Assembly (NCBI GenBank): GCA_963727625.1
Contig: CAVSHR010000012.1
Span: 288,001 to 352,000 of the forward strand
Source of the DNA: an uncultured delta proteobacterium
GTDB taxonomy: Bacteria > Desulfobacterota > Binatia > UBA9968
Length of the DNA: 64,000 nt
Reading direction: 5' to 3'
Of this stretch, positions 1-9,335 are shown piece by piece. A model generated the notes under the pieces. That model was not told where the DNA came from, made no database searches, and worked only from the letters and a program-made list of their open reading frames with translations. The position numbers and the translations under genes are program-made. How positions within the stretch are numbered: position 1 is the stretch's first letter; every line of letters starts with the position of its first letter.

Positions 1-434
1 CACTGCCGATACTCGTGGCTTCGACAGCGGTTGGCAAGACCGTGCCGGTTGAAGTTATCCGTAATGGCAAAATGACCACCGTCAACGTGGAAACCGGCAA
101 ACTCAACGATCAAACCGCGGCGGTGAAAGCGGAGAAGGAAAAGAGCAAGTGGGGGTTGGCGCTGCAGAACATTCGGCCCGAGGAGCGGCGTCAGATGGGA
201 CTCAAGGGAAAGTCAGGCGTCGTAGTGGCAGCCGTGGAGCCGGCAAGCCCTGCCGCCGACGCGGGGATTCAACCCGGTGACGTGATCATGCAAGTGAACC
301 AGGTTCCGGTGAGCACGGTTCAAGCCGTGAAGAGCCAAGCCGCCAAAACCCGGGGTGACAAACCACTGCTTCTCTTGGTCCGGCGCGCCGACGGCAGCAC
401 GATGTTCGCCGCGTTGTCCCACAACGTTGGATAG
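1..434 (+). CDS. DegP/DegQ (HtrA) family serine protease, C-terminal PDZ domains (5'-truncated by window edge)
   Basis: PDZ-type motifs VEVIRNGK and VEPASPAADAGIQPGDVIMQVNQ. Confidence 0.85.
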   Translation, partial: LPILVASTAVGKTVPVEVIRNGKMTTVNVETGKLNDQTAAVKAEKEKSKWGLALQNIRPEERRQMGLKGKSGVVVAAVEPASPAADAGIQPGDVIMQVNQVPVSTVQAVKSQAAKTRGDKPLLLLVRRADGSTMFAALSHNVG

Positions 435-452
435 TTGTCGCAACCTGCCCAT

Positions 453-484
453 GCCTGCCGGACGGATTTCACCGTTCGGCAGGC
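453..484. terminator. Stem-loop between the protease gene and the distal end of the CRISPR array
   Basis: GCCTGCCGGACGG-ATTTCA-CCGTTCGGCAGGC inverted repeat between convergent transcripts. Confidence 0.5.
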
Positions 485-542
485 GTTCTCGTGTCAGCAA
501 CTGCCTGCGCCCTACTTACCGAGTAGATATCTATAGTTATTT

Positions 543-2847
543 CTTTCAGTTCTCTTCTCGTCGGGAATCACTTTTCAACCTCAGCGGTCAGCGGTCAGCT
601 GTCAGCGGTCAGCCGTCAGCTTTCATCTTTCAGTTCCCTCCTCGTCGGGAATCACTTTTCAACCAAGGATTAGTCCAAGTGCAACGGTTCGCCATCACGC
701 TTTCAGTTCCCTCCTCGTCGGGAATCACTTTTCAACTGCAGCAGCAAAGAGCGGGACTAACGATGTTTCTGCACTTTCAGTTCCCTCCTCGTCGGGAATC
801 ACTTTTCAACCACATTAATCCATGTTGTATAAGGCGATTTTCGGTCTTTCAGTTCCCTCCTCGTCGGGAATCACTTTTCAACGTTTAGAGAGCGCCAGCA
901 TGTCGAAAAGTTCATCCCCTTTCAGTTCCCTCCTCGTCGGGAATCACTTTTCAACCAATCGGCCGGCGCAGATACGGCTCCAAACCCGTTTGCTTTCAGT
1001 TCCCTCCTCGTCGGGAATCACTTTTCAACGTACAGCATGATCCCCACAGGGAGGGTGACTGTAGCTTTCAGTTCCCTCCTCGTCGGGAATCACTTTTCAA
1101 CAAGGCGAGGATGAATTAGGGGCTGTTGAAACTTTTCTTTCAGTTCCCTCCTCGTCGGGAATCACTTTTCAACGATAGGTTTTGCCGCCAATGGTAGTTT
1201 CTTGGCCGACTTTCAGTTCCCTCCTCGTCGGGAATCACTTTTCAACCAGCGGCCATCACCTACACGCCGGGCACTCTGGCTGACCTTTCAGTTCCCTCCT
1301 CGTCGGGAATCACTTTTCAACCATTTAACTCTGGCATGAGGTTTGCTCTCTTACACTTTCAGTTCCCTCCTCGTCGGGAATCACTTTTCAACGTACAGCA
1401 TGATCCCCACAGGGAGGGTGACTGTAGCTTTCAGTTCCCTCCTCGTCGGGAATCACTTTTCAACAAGGCGAGGATGAATTAGGGGCTGTTGAAACTTTTC
1501 TTTCAGTTCCCTCCTCGTCGGGAATCACTTTTCAACCCAGAGCCACCCATCAGGCCGACTAGCTCACCAAGCTTTCAGTTCCCTCCTCGTCGGGAATCAC
1601 TTTTCAACCAATCGCGCGCAGATACGGCTCCAAATCCGTTTGCTTTCAGTTCCCTCCTCGTCGGGAATCACTTTTCAACGGTAGCGGCGGCATCTTGACG
1701 ATGTTCTCCTTGGTCTCACTTTCAGTTCCCTCCTCGTCGGGAATCACTTTTCAACGGCTCGCTCTTCCGTTCTTGAATTATCCCTTTTGTCTTTCAGTTC
1801 CCTCCTCGTCGGGAATCACTTTTCAACCACTCTATTCGATCGGCGCCACGTCGCCCCTTTCGCCTTTCAGTTCCCTCCTCGTCGGGAATCACTTTTCAAC
1901 GATTTATGCTATGTTATATATATCTATCACCCAAACCTTTCAGTTCCCTCCTCGTCGGGAATCACTTTTCAACGCTGATCAACTTTGGGTTCGTATCGGG
2001 AGCTTTCAGTTCCCTCCTCGTCGGGAATCACTTTTCAACGTTCTGCGCGGGTTTCCGTTTCTGCGGATTTTTTTTCCTTTCAGTTCCCTCCTCGTCGGGA
2101 ATCACTTTTCAACCTACAGGCGGCAAGGGATTCGCAGCACCCCATCAGCCGCTTTCAGTTCCCTCCTCGTCGGGAATCACTTTTCAACCTTTAATGCCAG
2201 CGGGACCGACACCGCGATCACTTTCTTTCAGTTCCCTCCTCGTCGGGAATCACTTTTCAACCTTCGCCGCGGCGCCCTCACCGGCCCGCAGTTGGTCACT
2301 TTCAGTTCCCTCCTCGTCGGGAATCACTTTTCAACTTTAGTCGTTTGAATAACATGGGACACTCCATTTTCTTTCAGTTCCCTCCTCGTCGGGAATCACT
2401 TTTCAACCAATCGCACTCGGGTAGAGTAGATGGCAACCGTACCGTCTTTCAGTTCCCTCCTCGTCGGGAATCACTTTTCAACCTCGCGACTTTGTTCCGA
2501 GTTCTCTAGGTTTTGGGGCGCTTTCAGTTCCCTCCTCGTCGGGAATCACTTTTCAACTTGCGGCCGCGCCGGCCATCGCGCTGGATTCGACAACCTTTCA
2601 GTTCCCTCCTCGTCGGGAATCACTTTTCAACCCTCTTCACCCGGCGCGATCATGCCGTTATTGTCCCTTTCAGTTCCCTCCTCGTCGGGAATCACTTTTC
2701 AACGAACTCTCTCGTAAATTGCGCGCCCTGGCTGAGTCTTTCAGTTCCCTCCTCGTCGGGAATCACTTTTCAACATTGCAGAGCTGTCGTGATCCGATCA
2801 GCGTTCTTGACTTTCAGTTCCCTCCTCGTCGGGAATCACTTTTCAAC
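543..2847 (-). CRISPR. CRISPR array, 32 repeats of 37 bp and 31 spacers (29-47 bp)
   Basis: Repeat on minus strand GTTGAAAAGTGATTCCCGACGAGGAGGGAACTGAAAG with TTCCC/GGGAA hairpin and GAAAG 3' end; degenerate terminal repeat at 543-579; AT-rich leader on the right. Confidence 0.99.
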
Positions 2848-2952
2848 CGCTTCAGAAGCACAGAAAAAACAAAAGCATTTTCAGCACCAACACTCACCTT
2901 TTTTCGAAAGCTCATTTTCTGCTCCAAACCCCCGCAGGTTTGCGAAATCGCG
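2848..2952 (-). promoter_or_regulatory. CRISPR leader
   Basis: AT-rich non-coding stretch between the cas4 stop and the first perfect repeat, at the opposite end from the degenerate repeat. Confidence 0.8.
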
Positions 2953-3528
2953 CTAAAGAACATCACCGCAGTAATTTCTATATTCGCAGTCCGCGCAGCG
3001 ATTCCTCACCGGTGTCGGAGGCGGCATCTGCTCACCTTCGATCATTCGACGAATCTCGCCGATAAGTTCGTCCGCTTCCTTCTTCCGCTCCTCGGTCAGA
3101 TCGAAAACCACGGCATCGTTCCGCGGGATGAGATAGACGAATCCTTTCGTGACTTCTCTTTGGTAGCAGTCCTCCAGCAGGCGGGCGTAGCCGCACAACT
3201 GCATCACATGGTTTCTGTGAGGCGTCCCCGTCGTCATCTTGAAATCCACCGGGAACAGTCCCTCCGGGCTATCGATCAAGAGATCCAACTTTCCACTCAA
3301 CCCAAGCCGTTTTGAGCTGACCCAAACGTGAAACTTTCTCGTGCCTTCGGCCAACCGGTATTCACGCAGCTTCCGTCTTTTCTCTAGCTCATCTATTTGC
3401 GCCTCGGCGATCTTCCCCTGCTCCATTTTCCAGGTAGTCTTCTTATTCACCGGCATGCAGTACTGATAGAAGACGACCCTCGGACAGTAAGCGTTCTGTT
3501 TTATGTCGTTGACCCTGAGCGAAATCAT
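2953..3528 (-). CDS. cas4: CRISPR-associated exonuclease Cas4
   Basis: YCPR, GKLD, DFK, QLCGY motifs and C-terminal CxxCxYxxxC Fe-S ligands. Confidence 0.95.
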   Translation of the reverse strand: MISLRVNDIKQNAYCPRVVFYQYCMPVNKKTTWKMEQGKIAEAQIDELEKRRKLREYRLAEGTRKFHVWVSSKRLGLSGKLDLLIDSPEGLFPVDFKMTTGTPHRNHVMQLCGYARLLEDCYQREVTKGFVYLIPRNDAVVFDLTEERKKEADELIGEIRRMIEGEQMPPPTPVRNRCADCEYRNYCGDVL

Positions 3529-3803
3529 ACGGCCGCCGCTTCATCGGTCTTGCCGTTTTCCTTTATCAACCCGTCCTTTACGTCCTTGTGGCAAATCGGC
3601 TGAAGCAGAATCTTGCCGGTATTATGATTGAGTATCGACGTCAGGCGCAAAAACAATTCCTCGCGTTTATTCCGGTTGAGTGTTCCCTGAAACGCGCTGT
3701 ATTGAATGCGCGCCAACCCGTAGTCGAGACAGGTTTCGGAGATTCTCAATCGAATCCTGTCGTCCTCGATGTCGTAAATAACCAGCGTCCTAAGCTCTTC
3801 CAT
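3525..3803 (-). CDS. cas2: CRISPR-associated endoribonuclease Cas2
   Basis: LVIYDIEDDR and RIQYSAF motifs; 92 aa. Confidence 0.96.
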   Translation of the reverse strand: MEELRTLVIYDIEDDRIRLRISETCLDYGLARIQYSAFQGTLNRNKREELFLRLTSILNHNTGKILLQPICHKDVKDGLIKENGKTDEAAAV

Positions 3804-3839
3804 CGTCCAGACCTAAACGATCTTCACAAGAAATTCCCC

Positions 3840-3966
3840 CAGGCCGATCAAAAAGGTCGCAGATGCGAGGCGCGCGAGGATCCGACGAGCGGAGGCGTAC
3901 TCGGGTCGTACGCCGGAGCGAGGCAGGCGAGCGCAACGAAGCAGATGGGCCTTTTTCATCGGCCTG
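3840..3966. repeat. Palindromic MITE/REP-like element between cas1 and cas2
   Basis: Terminal inverted repeats CAGGCCGATCAAAAAGG ... CCTTTTTCATCGGCCTG and internal GGCGTAC...GTACGCC stem. Confidence 0.7.
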
Positions 3967-5157
3967 TCACCACTTGAAACTGAATGCCTTATATTCCCCC
4001 TCCCCCCGCAGAAACGTAGCCAACCGTCTCGCCTGCATCTGGATGATCGACCTGATCTGATATTGCTTTCCTTGATACGGTTCGGTAGCCACCAGGCGTT
4101 CGATGATCTTCTCCGCGATAGACTTCCTCGTCTCCGCGTCGAGCAAACCTTCTTTCATGCCAATCCTCGTCCCGAGATTTACATAGGCAATCACGGTCCG
4201 ATCCACCACCGGCTGGCGAAACTCTTCGACCATATCCAAGATCAGCGACGGCTTGCCCGGTCGGTCGACGTGGAGGAAACCGGCGAAGGGCTCAAGCCCC
4301 GCGTTGAGCACCGCTCCCCAGACCTGCGAGTAGAGAATGCCGTAGCCGTAGTTTAGCAACGAGTTCACTTCGTCGGTCGCGCCCCGGTGCTCACGGCCAA
4401 AGAATTCCACCCGGTGTCCGATGATCTCCTTGACCGCTTCCCAGTAGATCCGCCCCGCGGTACCTTCCGTTCCCATGATGGTTCCCCTGGCTTCATTGAC
4501 GCAAGTGGCGTCGATGGCCGGGACTTTTTTCCACAGCGCGCGCAGTTGGGCGGCGATGGCGTCGATTCTTTGAAACCGATCTTCCGCTTCGGTTTTTAAA
4601 TATTTCCCGAAGTATCTGAGCAGCCGCTCCTGATTCTTGATCTTGCCGAGCACCACCGCTTTGCAGAACTCCAGGCCCCGCTTGTCGTTGAATGCGAGTA
4701 TCTGCTCGCGCCGCGCTTGCACCGTCGCTGTCAGCATCGGCGAACTCACCATCGCGTAGGGCTTTCCGGTATAATCCAGAAAGCTCAGGCGTATGCCCCT
4801 CGCGCAGACTTCTTCGAGGAAGTCCGATGACATGCTCATGCCCTTCGAACCGACGACGACCTCGTTAATTCGAAAAAACGGGAACTGGTAGATTACGTCC
4901 TTGCCCTTGCGCACCAGCAACCGCTCGCTCTTCTTGCTGAGAAACAAACCATACCCCGACAAGATCAACTGCGAGCCGTCTTCGGATTTCACCAGCGTAA
5001 TGCCCTCGTCGACGCGAATCTCCCGCCCCGGTTCTTCCGGCTCAGGCACCTCCACAGGAATCGGCTCGGCCGCGCCGGTGAATAAATTGAACTGAGCCAC
5101 CGAAACCGGCTTTTGAATTTCCTCCTCATGTAATTCATTCAAAGCTTGGTCAGGCAT
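3967..5157 (-). CDS. cas1: CRISPR-associated integrase Cas1 with acidic N-terminal extension
   Basis: EGTAGRIYW, NSLLNYGY, GFLH, DMVEEFRQPVVDR motifs. Confidence 0.97.
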   Translation of the reverse strand: MPDQALNELHEEEIQKPVSVAQFNLFTGAAEPIPVEVPEPEEPGREIRVDEGITLVKSEDGSQLILSGYGLFLSKKSERLLVRKGKDVIYQFPFFRINEVVVGSKGMSMSSDFLEEVCARGIRLSFLDYTGKPYAMVSSPMLTATVQARREQILAFNDKRGLEFCKAVVLGKIKNQERLLRYFGKYLKTEAEDRFQRIDAIAAQLRALWKKVPAIDATCVNEARGTIMGTEGTAGRIYWEAVKEIIGHRVEFFGREHRGATDEVNSLLNYGYGILYSQVWGAVLNAGLEPFAGFLHVDRPGKPSLILDMVEEFRQPVVDRTVIAYVNLGTRIGMKEGLLDAETRKSIAEKIIERLVATEPYQGKQYQIRSIIQMQARRLATFLRGEGEYKAFSFKW

Positions 5158-5168
5158 ATTTCACCTTG

Positions 5169-5306
5169 GGTTCAAATCGTTCCAGCCGTTCAATGGCTAA
5201 CGCCGGTTCAAAAGTTCAACGTTCAACGCCGAATAACTCGAGCCGTTCCGGTCGTTTATTTCTTCAAATCTCTAACCTCTGCGTACTCCGTGCCTCCGCG
5301 GTGAAA
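5169..5306. repeat. Degenerate short tandem repeats (GTTCAA/GTTCCA cores; CTCxGxG 9-mers) between cas6 and cas1
   Basis: gttcaaatc-gttccagcc-gttcaatgg...gttcaaaa-gttcaac-gttcaac and ctctgcgta-ctccgtgc-ctccgcggt. Confidence 0.6.
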
Positions 5307-5318
5307 TATATTCAATCC

Positions 5319-6384
5319 CTAACTCGTCTCCACGATCTCGTACCAGCCGTTGCCGAACACCGCGTTCTTCCCGACATGCAGGTATTCGCCGAGCTTCAGA
5401 TACGGCAGAAACATTCCAAGATCGCCCTCGAAACTCACTTCGCCGACAAACCGCTGAGATCGTGCTGACTTCGCGCCGGCGCGAGTATCGCGACGACTCT
5501 ACCCAGCGCGTCGCGTCGGACACGGTTTTGACATTCTCCGCCGCTGCGCCGAATGCTTTGAAGTCGATGTCCAATCCTTCGCCGCAATAAAAATAAGACA
5601 GCGCATTGATCCGGTCGCGCAGACGCTTGGCCACTGGCCCAAAGGCCGGCCGCCGCGCCTAGTGACTCCATCCGCCCTGACCAGCGTCGGCGTCGAGAAA
5701 TCGCAGCGCGACACGCGTGACGTTCGCCGCGCCAAGCTGTCGCGACCATGTGGACCCATCGTTGGAATCGTAGGGGCCGACCTGCGTGTCGGCCCTGATA
5801 GGCCCAGTGCGGTGAGTTATCGAACCATTCTGATCCAAGCGACCGCACAAGTCCGCCCACGAGATCGCGTCGGCAGGCGGCCGAACCAAGTTATTTTCTC
5901 TTCGTATAAACCGGCACCGACGTCCCGTCGTGCGCCAGCGTGATCGACGCCAGCCAACTCCACCGGCGCTCGATTCCGGCCCAAGCCCAGCCTGCGAAAG
6001 CTCTTTGAACGTCACGATGAAGTAAGGGAGATAGTCCTTGATCTTTCCCACCAGAACGACATCGAACGACAACCGTTCGCCCGGCAGATACGTTTCCTTC
6101 GTCTCCAGCGGCGGCTTGATGACAAACGGCCGGGGAATATCCCGGTTCTTGCTGATCTTCTCCGACCCCTTCGGCACAAACGGTTGGAACACCGCCGTGT
6201 ACGGACACACGCTCCGCAACTCGCAGGTTTCCGGCTCCCGGCAGTTCGCATGGCACACGATCCGCCGAAACGCGCTGCCGAAACCGCCGCGAATCACGTT
6301 GCCCTTGTTATACGCGGGCATACGCAACGGCGCCTTAGGCTCGAGGTGAAAACGAAAATGCTGGAACGAAATACAGGGCAACAT
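5319..6384 (-). CDS. cas6: Cas6 crRNA processing endoribonuclease (frameshifted as assembled)
   Basis: N-terminal KGNVIRGGFG, Cys cluster CELRSVCPY, PRPFVI; C-terminal G-loop YLHVGKNAVFGNG read in another frame, stop at 5319. Confidence 0.88.
5770..5796 (+). repeat. GTAG-type REP palindrome inside cas6
   Basis: GTAG-GGGCCGAC-CTGCGT-GTCGGCCC-T. Confidence 0.75.
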
Positions 6385-6390
6385 TCCTGG

Positions 6391-6798
6391 TCACTCTTCC
6401 TCGGCGATCAATCTCTCCAGTACCTGTTCACATTCTTCGACAAAGGCTAACACCTCGACTGGGATGGCTTGCGCTTCCTTTCTTGTAACCGTGGAGAAAT
6501 CACCGTAATCGCTCTTCTGCCGCTTCTCGAAAGCGCGGGGCAACGCCTTAGCCGTATCCGCCTTAATCAGTCCAGACTTAACGAAATGCTTCTGGAACAG
6601 AGTGATCACCCCGCTGTGTCTCGATCAGTCCACCTCGGTCAGCGCCAAAAGGGACCGAGCCGCATAGAACACCGCGTAATAGAAGCGATTCACCGCGCCC
6701 ATGAAAGCGCTCTTGGTCAGCAGATGCTCGCCTTCCGCAAAAGTTTCCTTAGCACGGCCGAGACGATGGCGCGCGAGCTTTTCAAGTTCCCGCTTCAC
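6391..6798 (-). pseudogene. HEPN-domain protein with in-frame TGA at 6625-6627
   Basis: AVNRFYYAVFYAA...VD*SRHSGVITLF...KRQKSDY; both ORF pieces are in one frame; GTGA overlap with the MNT gene. Confidence 0.8.
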
Positions 6799-7142
6799 AG
6801 CGAAATCCTTTCTTTCGCAATCGCTCGAAGAAAAGGCGTAATGCTCCACACCGGATCGGAGAGAGTTGAGCGGTCAATGACCCGCGGCGAGATATAGACG
6901 TCATGCTTGAGGTTGACATCGAACGCGATGTCCAGAACCCGATCCTCGGTCTCCAGGCCGTTCCGATTCACGACGACGAGCACATCGATGTCGGAATCCG
7001 GTTGATCTCTTCCCGTGGCCTTGGAACCGAAGAGTTTCGCCTCAAGCAAGTTTTTCCCTAGAGCGGATCGCAAACTCCGCAAGAATTCCTCCAGCGCCGC
7101 CGCATCGCTGGATTTCAGCTTCAAACGTCGAGTCATGTTCAT
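6795..7142 (-). CDS. Minimal nucleotidyltransferase (MNT) antitoxin
   Basis: LFGSKATG...SDIDVLVV motif; adjacent HEPN gene. Confidence 0.9.
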   Translation of the reverse strand: MNMTRRLKLKSSDAAALEEFLRSLRSALGKNLLEAKLFGSKATGRDQPDSDIDVLVVVNRNGLETEDRVLDIAFDVNLKHDVYISPRVIDRSTLSDPVWSITPFLRAIAKERISL

Positions 7143-7564
7143 GTCCTTCCCATTGCGATGGATGGAAACCAGCCTGATGCCTTTTCCGTTTCCATGTTTT
7201 TCCCGTGCGGCGGGCTGGAAAACTAGCCCGTTCCGCTTTCGCGATCTCCTTTACGTGCCCTGGTTTTCCCCACCGTTACCTCTCCCGACAATAGCGCTGC
7301 GATATCGCAAACGACCCTATCGAGGCGTCTGTTTGCCAGGCGACGCTCCGGATAGCGCAGCCCCATTTCACCCGCGTTCCGGCTGCCGTTAAACAGGCGG
7401 ATGATTTCGATCTTGCGCCACGTTCTCATCGGAAACTCCGGCGCCACCTGTTATAATTCGACTTCGAAAGCCGCCTCTATCCAAGCGACTTTCTCAAACA
7501 TTTGGGCCGAGCGGTATTTGCCGATCTCGGTAGCAAAAGCTATATTGTCTTGGAGGATCTCTCG

Positions 7565-7828
7565 ATGGCCAAAGTAATGGTTTCCATCCCCGACGACGTT
7601 TTGAAAAAAGTCGATAGCACCGCGAAAACCCAGCGCCGCTCTCGCACAGAAGTCATTCGCGACGCGCTGCGCGCGCAAATGAGCAAGCAACGGGAAAATC
7701 ACGGCAAGTGGCAAAAAGCCCTGGCTCCGCTGCGGAAGCTCGAACGGCAGTGGATCGGCCAGTGGGATTCGACCGACATCATTCGCTACTACAGGGATAC
7801 CCGCTATGGCCGGGAAAATCGTTATTGA
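7565..7828 (+). CDS. Ribbon-helix-helix (CopG-like) antitoxin
   Basis: MAKVMVSIPDDVLKKVD...SRTEVIRDALR; GGAGG RBS; overlaps a PIN toxin gene. Confidence 0.85.
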   Translation: MAKVMVSIPDDVLKKVDSTAKTQRRSRTEVIRDALRAQMSKQRENHGKWQKALAPLRKLERQWIGQWDSTDIIRYYRDTRYGRENRY

Positions 7829-8240
7829 CACATCAGTCCTGATCAAATGGATAAAGACTAAAGATGAGGAATTGCTCGCCGAGGCTCGTCGCCTTCTGAA
7901 GCAAGTGGAAACAAAAGCTCTCACCGTCCACGTCCCTGCGCTTCTGTTATACGAAATCGGCAACATCCTTCTTATCAAAACCGACCTCGATCCGGATGGC
8001 TTGGAAAAAGCCGTTGACGATCTCGAGGCTCTACCATTTATCGTCGCTCCGCCAGCAACGCCCCTTCTACGTCGCGCCAGCCGCGTTGGAAAAGAGCACG
8101 GCCTGACCTTTTACGATGCTTCATTTCTCGCGCTCGCCGTCGAGTTGGATTGCCCACTGGTGACCGCCGACCGCCATTTTTTCGACCGCACTAAGTCCCT
8201 GCCGCGTGTTCGCCATCTCTCCAAGGTCGGCACCCTCTAA
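7806..8240 (+). CDS. vapC: VapC family PIN-domain toxin
   Basis: IVIDTSVLIKW, E, YDA, LVTAD acidic PIN residues. Confidence 0.9.
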   Translation: MAGKIVIDTSVLIKWIKTKDEELLAEARRLLKQVETKALTVHVPALLLYEIGNILLIKTDLDPDGLEKAVDDLEALPFIVAPPATPLLRRASRVGKEHGLTFYDASFLALAVELDCPLVTADRHFFDRTKSLPRVRHLSKVGTL

Positions 8241-8322
8241 AGTTCGGCATACGACAAACGATCCGGGAATACCAATACAGTGCCCTGTCCTACTGTTGCC
8301 TGTTGCCTCACGCCTCTATCCA

Positions 8323-8511
8323 TCACACACGATCCGCCCTGCCTGTGCCGACACGGCAGACAGGCGAAACATGCTGCCAAAACCGCCGCGAATCACGTTG
8401 CCCTTGTTGTACCTGCCTGTGCGTCGCACGCAGACAGGCGGGCATGTGCAACGGCGCTTTGGGCTCCAGGTGGAAGCGTAAATGAGCAAACGAAAAACCA
8501 GTAATCATCAC
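8323..8511 (-). pseudogene. Second, truncated copy of the cas6 5' end interrupted by two palindromic insertions
   Basis: HLRFHLEPKAPLHMP and aatcacgttgcccttgt match the start of cas6 (6255-6384); CCTGCCTGT...CAGACAGG palindromes at about 8338-8364 and 8411-8438. Confidence 0.8.
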
Positions 8512-8566
8512 CGTTGCCTACGTTCGTGAGTTTGGGTACACTTTTTTCCAAACGGAGGAAATTTTT

Positions 8567-8818
8567 ATGTCAGTTACCCAACTGACCGCAAAAGGGCAAA
8601 TTTTAGTACCCAAACACCTGCGACGTAAACTTGGGCTCAAACCCGGCGGCAAGGTGCATCTCGACGAAGAAGAAGGACGATTAGTCCTCACCCCGGTTCC
8701 TCCTGATCCCATCGAGGCGGCCACGGGTTTTTTAAAGGGCCGATTTTCTCTGACTCAAGATCTCCGCCGTGAACACCGCGAAGAGGCGCGCCGTGAGCGA
8801 AAAGCTCGTTCTCGATAG
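8567..8818 (+). CDS. AbrB/MazE/SpoVT-family antitoxin
   Basis: QLTAKGQILVPKHLRRKLGLKPG motif. Confidence 0.9.
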   Translation: MSVTQLTAKGQILVPKHLRRKLGLKPGGKVHLDEEEGRLVLTPVPPDPIEAATGFLKGRFSLTQDLRREHREEARRERKARSR

Positions 8819-9200
8819 TTTTGCCCTCGTCAGTCTCTTTCATCGCGAACCCGGCTGGCAGGTCGTCCAAAAGGCTCTCTACGATCAAGACAAATCGCGC
8901 GCCCGCGCCGTCCTCAGCTGGATCAACTGGGGCGAGTTTTACTACATCGTCAAGCGACGCGTCGGCGTCGCCAAGACGATGGACGCGCTCCGTCTCCTCT
9001 AACAACTGCCCGTCGACCTCTTTCCGGTAGACCACCCGTTGGTCCGAGCCGCAGCGGAAATCAAAAGCGAACACGCACTCTCCTACGCCGACGCTTTTTG
9101 CGTTGCCACCGCCCAACGCCTCGACGCCACCGTGTTAACCAACAACCCCGAGTTCGAGTCGGTCGAAAACCTGATCAAAATCCGCTGGCTGACCAAATAA
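8793..9200 (+). pseudogene. VapC PIN toxin with in-frame TAA at 9000-9002
   Basis: LVLDSFAL...GEFYY...LL*QLPV...LSYADAFCVATA...LTNNPEF; reading frame continues to TAA at 9200. Confidence 0.8.
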
Positions 9201-9335
9201 CCGGCTCCAGCCGATCTTCGCCGAACAATTACGCACCTCTACGCCTCTAGTCACGTCGCACGCAATTCGTCACTCACGAGCACGAACACGGCCTTTGATC
9301 CCTCCGCCGAAACGCGCTCCCAAACCCGCCTCGAA

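Noticed and set aside
355-3315. Many plus-strand ORFs with FQFPPRRESLFN / SVPSSSGITFQ repeats
   Set aside because: They are translations of the CRISPR repeat, not proteins.
7223-7978. Minus-strand ORFs 7223-7447 and 7451-7978
   Set aside because: No recognisable motif, and the longer ORF is antisense to the RHH-VapC pair. They may be remnants but cannot be supported.
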